Shown here: piece by piece, positions 63,643 through 64,000 of the stretch
Numbering within the stretch: the first letter of the stretch is position 1
How the letters are laid out: every line of letters begins with the position of its first letter
NCBI RefSeq assembly: GCF_018977255.1
Contig: NW_024704742.1
Location: 52,640,001-52,704,000 of the forward strand
Reading direction: 5' to 3'
DNA from: Callorhinchus milii
Lineage: Eukaryota
Length of the DNA stretch: 64,000 nucleotides
Notes under the pieces: model-generated
What the model saw: the letters and a program-made list of their open reading frames with translations, nothing else
Told to the model about the DNA's origin: nothing
Database searches by the model: none
Position numbers and translations under genes: made by a program

Positions 63643-64000
63643 CAGTATACAAGTTACTAAGTAAACAAAACAATTTCAATATTTTGGGTTAGGCTTTTGG
63701 GACTTGCCTAAACAGGAACATGGATTTGGATTGTACAATGTACATAAAATTATGTTTGGTATTTAAGACAAGGTTGGTATTTCCATGATATTGCTCTCCT
63801 GGGAGACTTTGGGATATTCAGAATGGTATCAAATTTTTATTTATTTTTGATTATGCTAAACAGCATTATAAGCAAACTGAAAAACAGCTCGGTCAGTGAG
63901 TGATAACTTTCATTAATAAAGAGGATAATTTTTATGGGCCTGCATTCTTAATCTTCATTTTCAGATGCTGGAAATCAAGCTGGGAGCAGTGATTAATAGT

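Overview
Vertebrate genomic DNA, not prokaryotic. The repeat content (CR1 and L2 LINEs, tRNA-Ala SINEs with L2 tails, Deu-domain SINEs) suggests a cartilaginous fish; this is an inference. I assembled two complete spliced minus-strand genes by hand from GT-AG exons. PDCL2 (phosducin-like 2) has 6 coding exons at 10278-24148, with an apparent 1-nt frameshift in the last exon. NMU (neuromedin U precursor) has 9 coding exons plus a 3'UTR exon, CDS 40494-57489, 178 aa. A CpG-island promoter and non-coding first exon at ~6300-6800 (minus) is most likely the 5' end of CLOCK, based only on the conserved CLOCK-PDCL2-NMU gene order; no CLOCK coding exon was found. The rest is mostly mobile elements, including a near full-length CR1 and a 1.4-kb solo LTR nested in a CA-rich satellite. 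The most notable observations are the altered NMU processing sites (KR->KN, GRR->GRS), the PDCL2 frameshift, and two young L2 insertions whose 5' junctions carry inverted copies of nearby target DNA. Most ORFs in the supplied track are spurious or transposon-derived. I found no convincing wholly new biological system.
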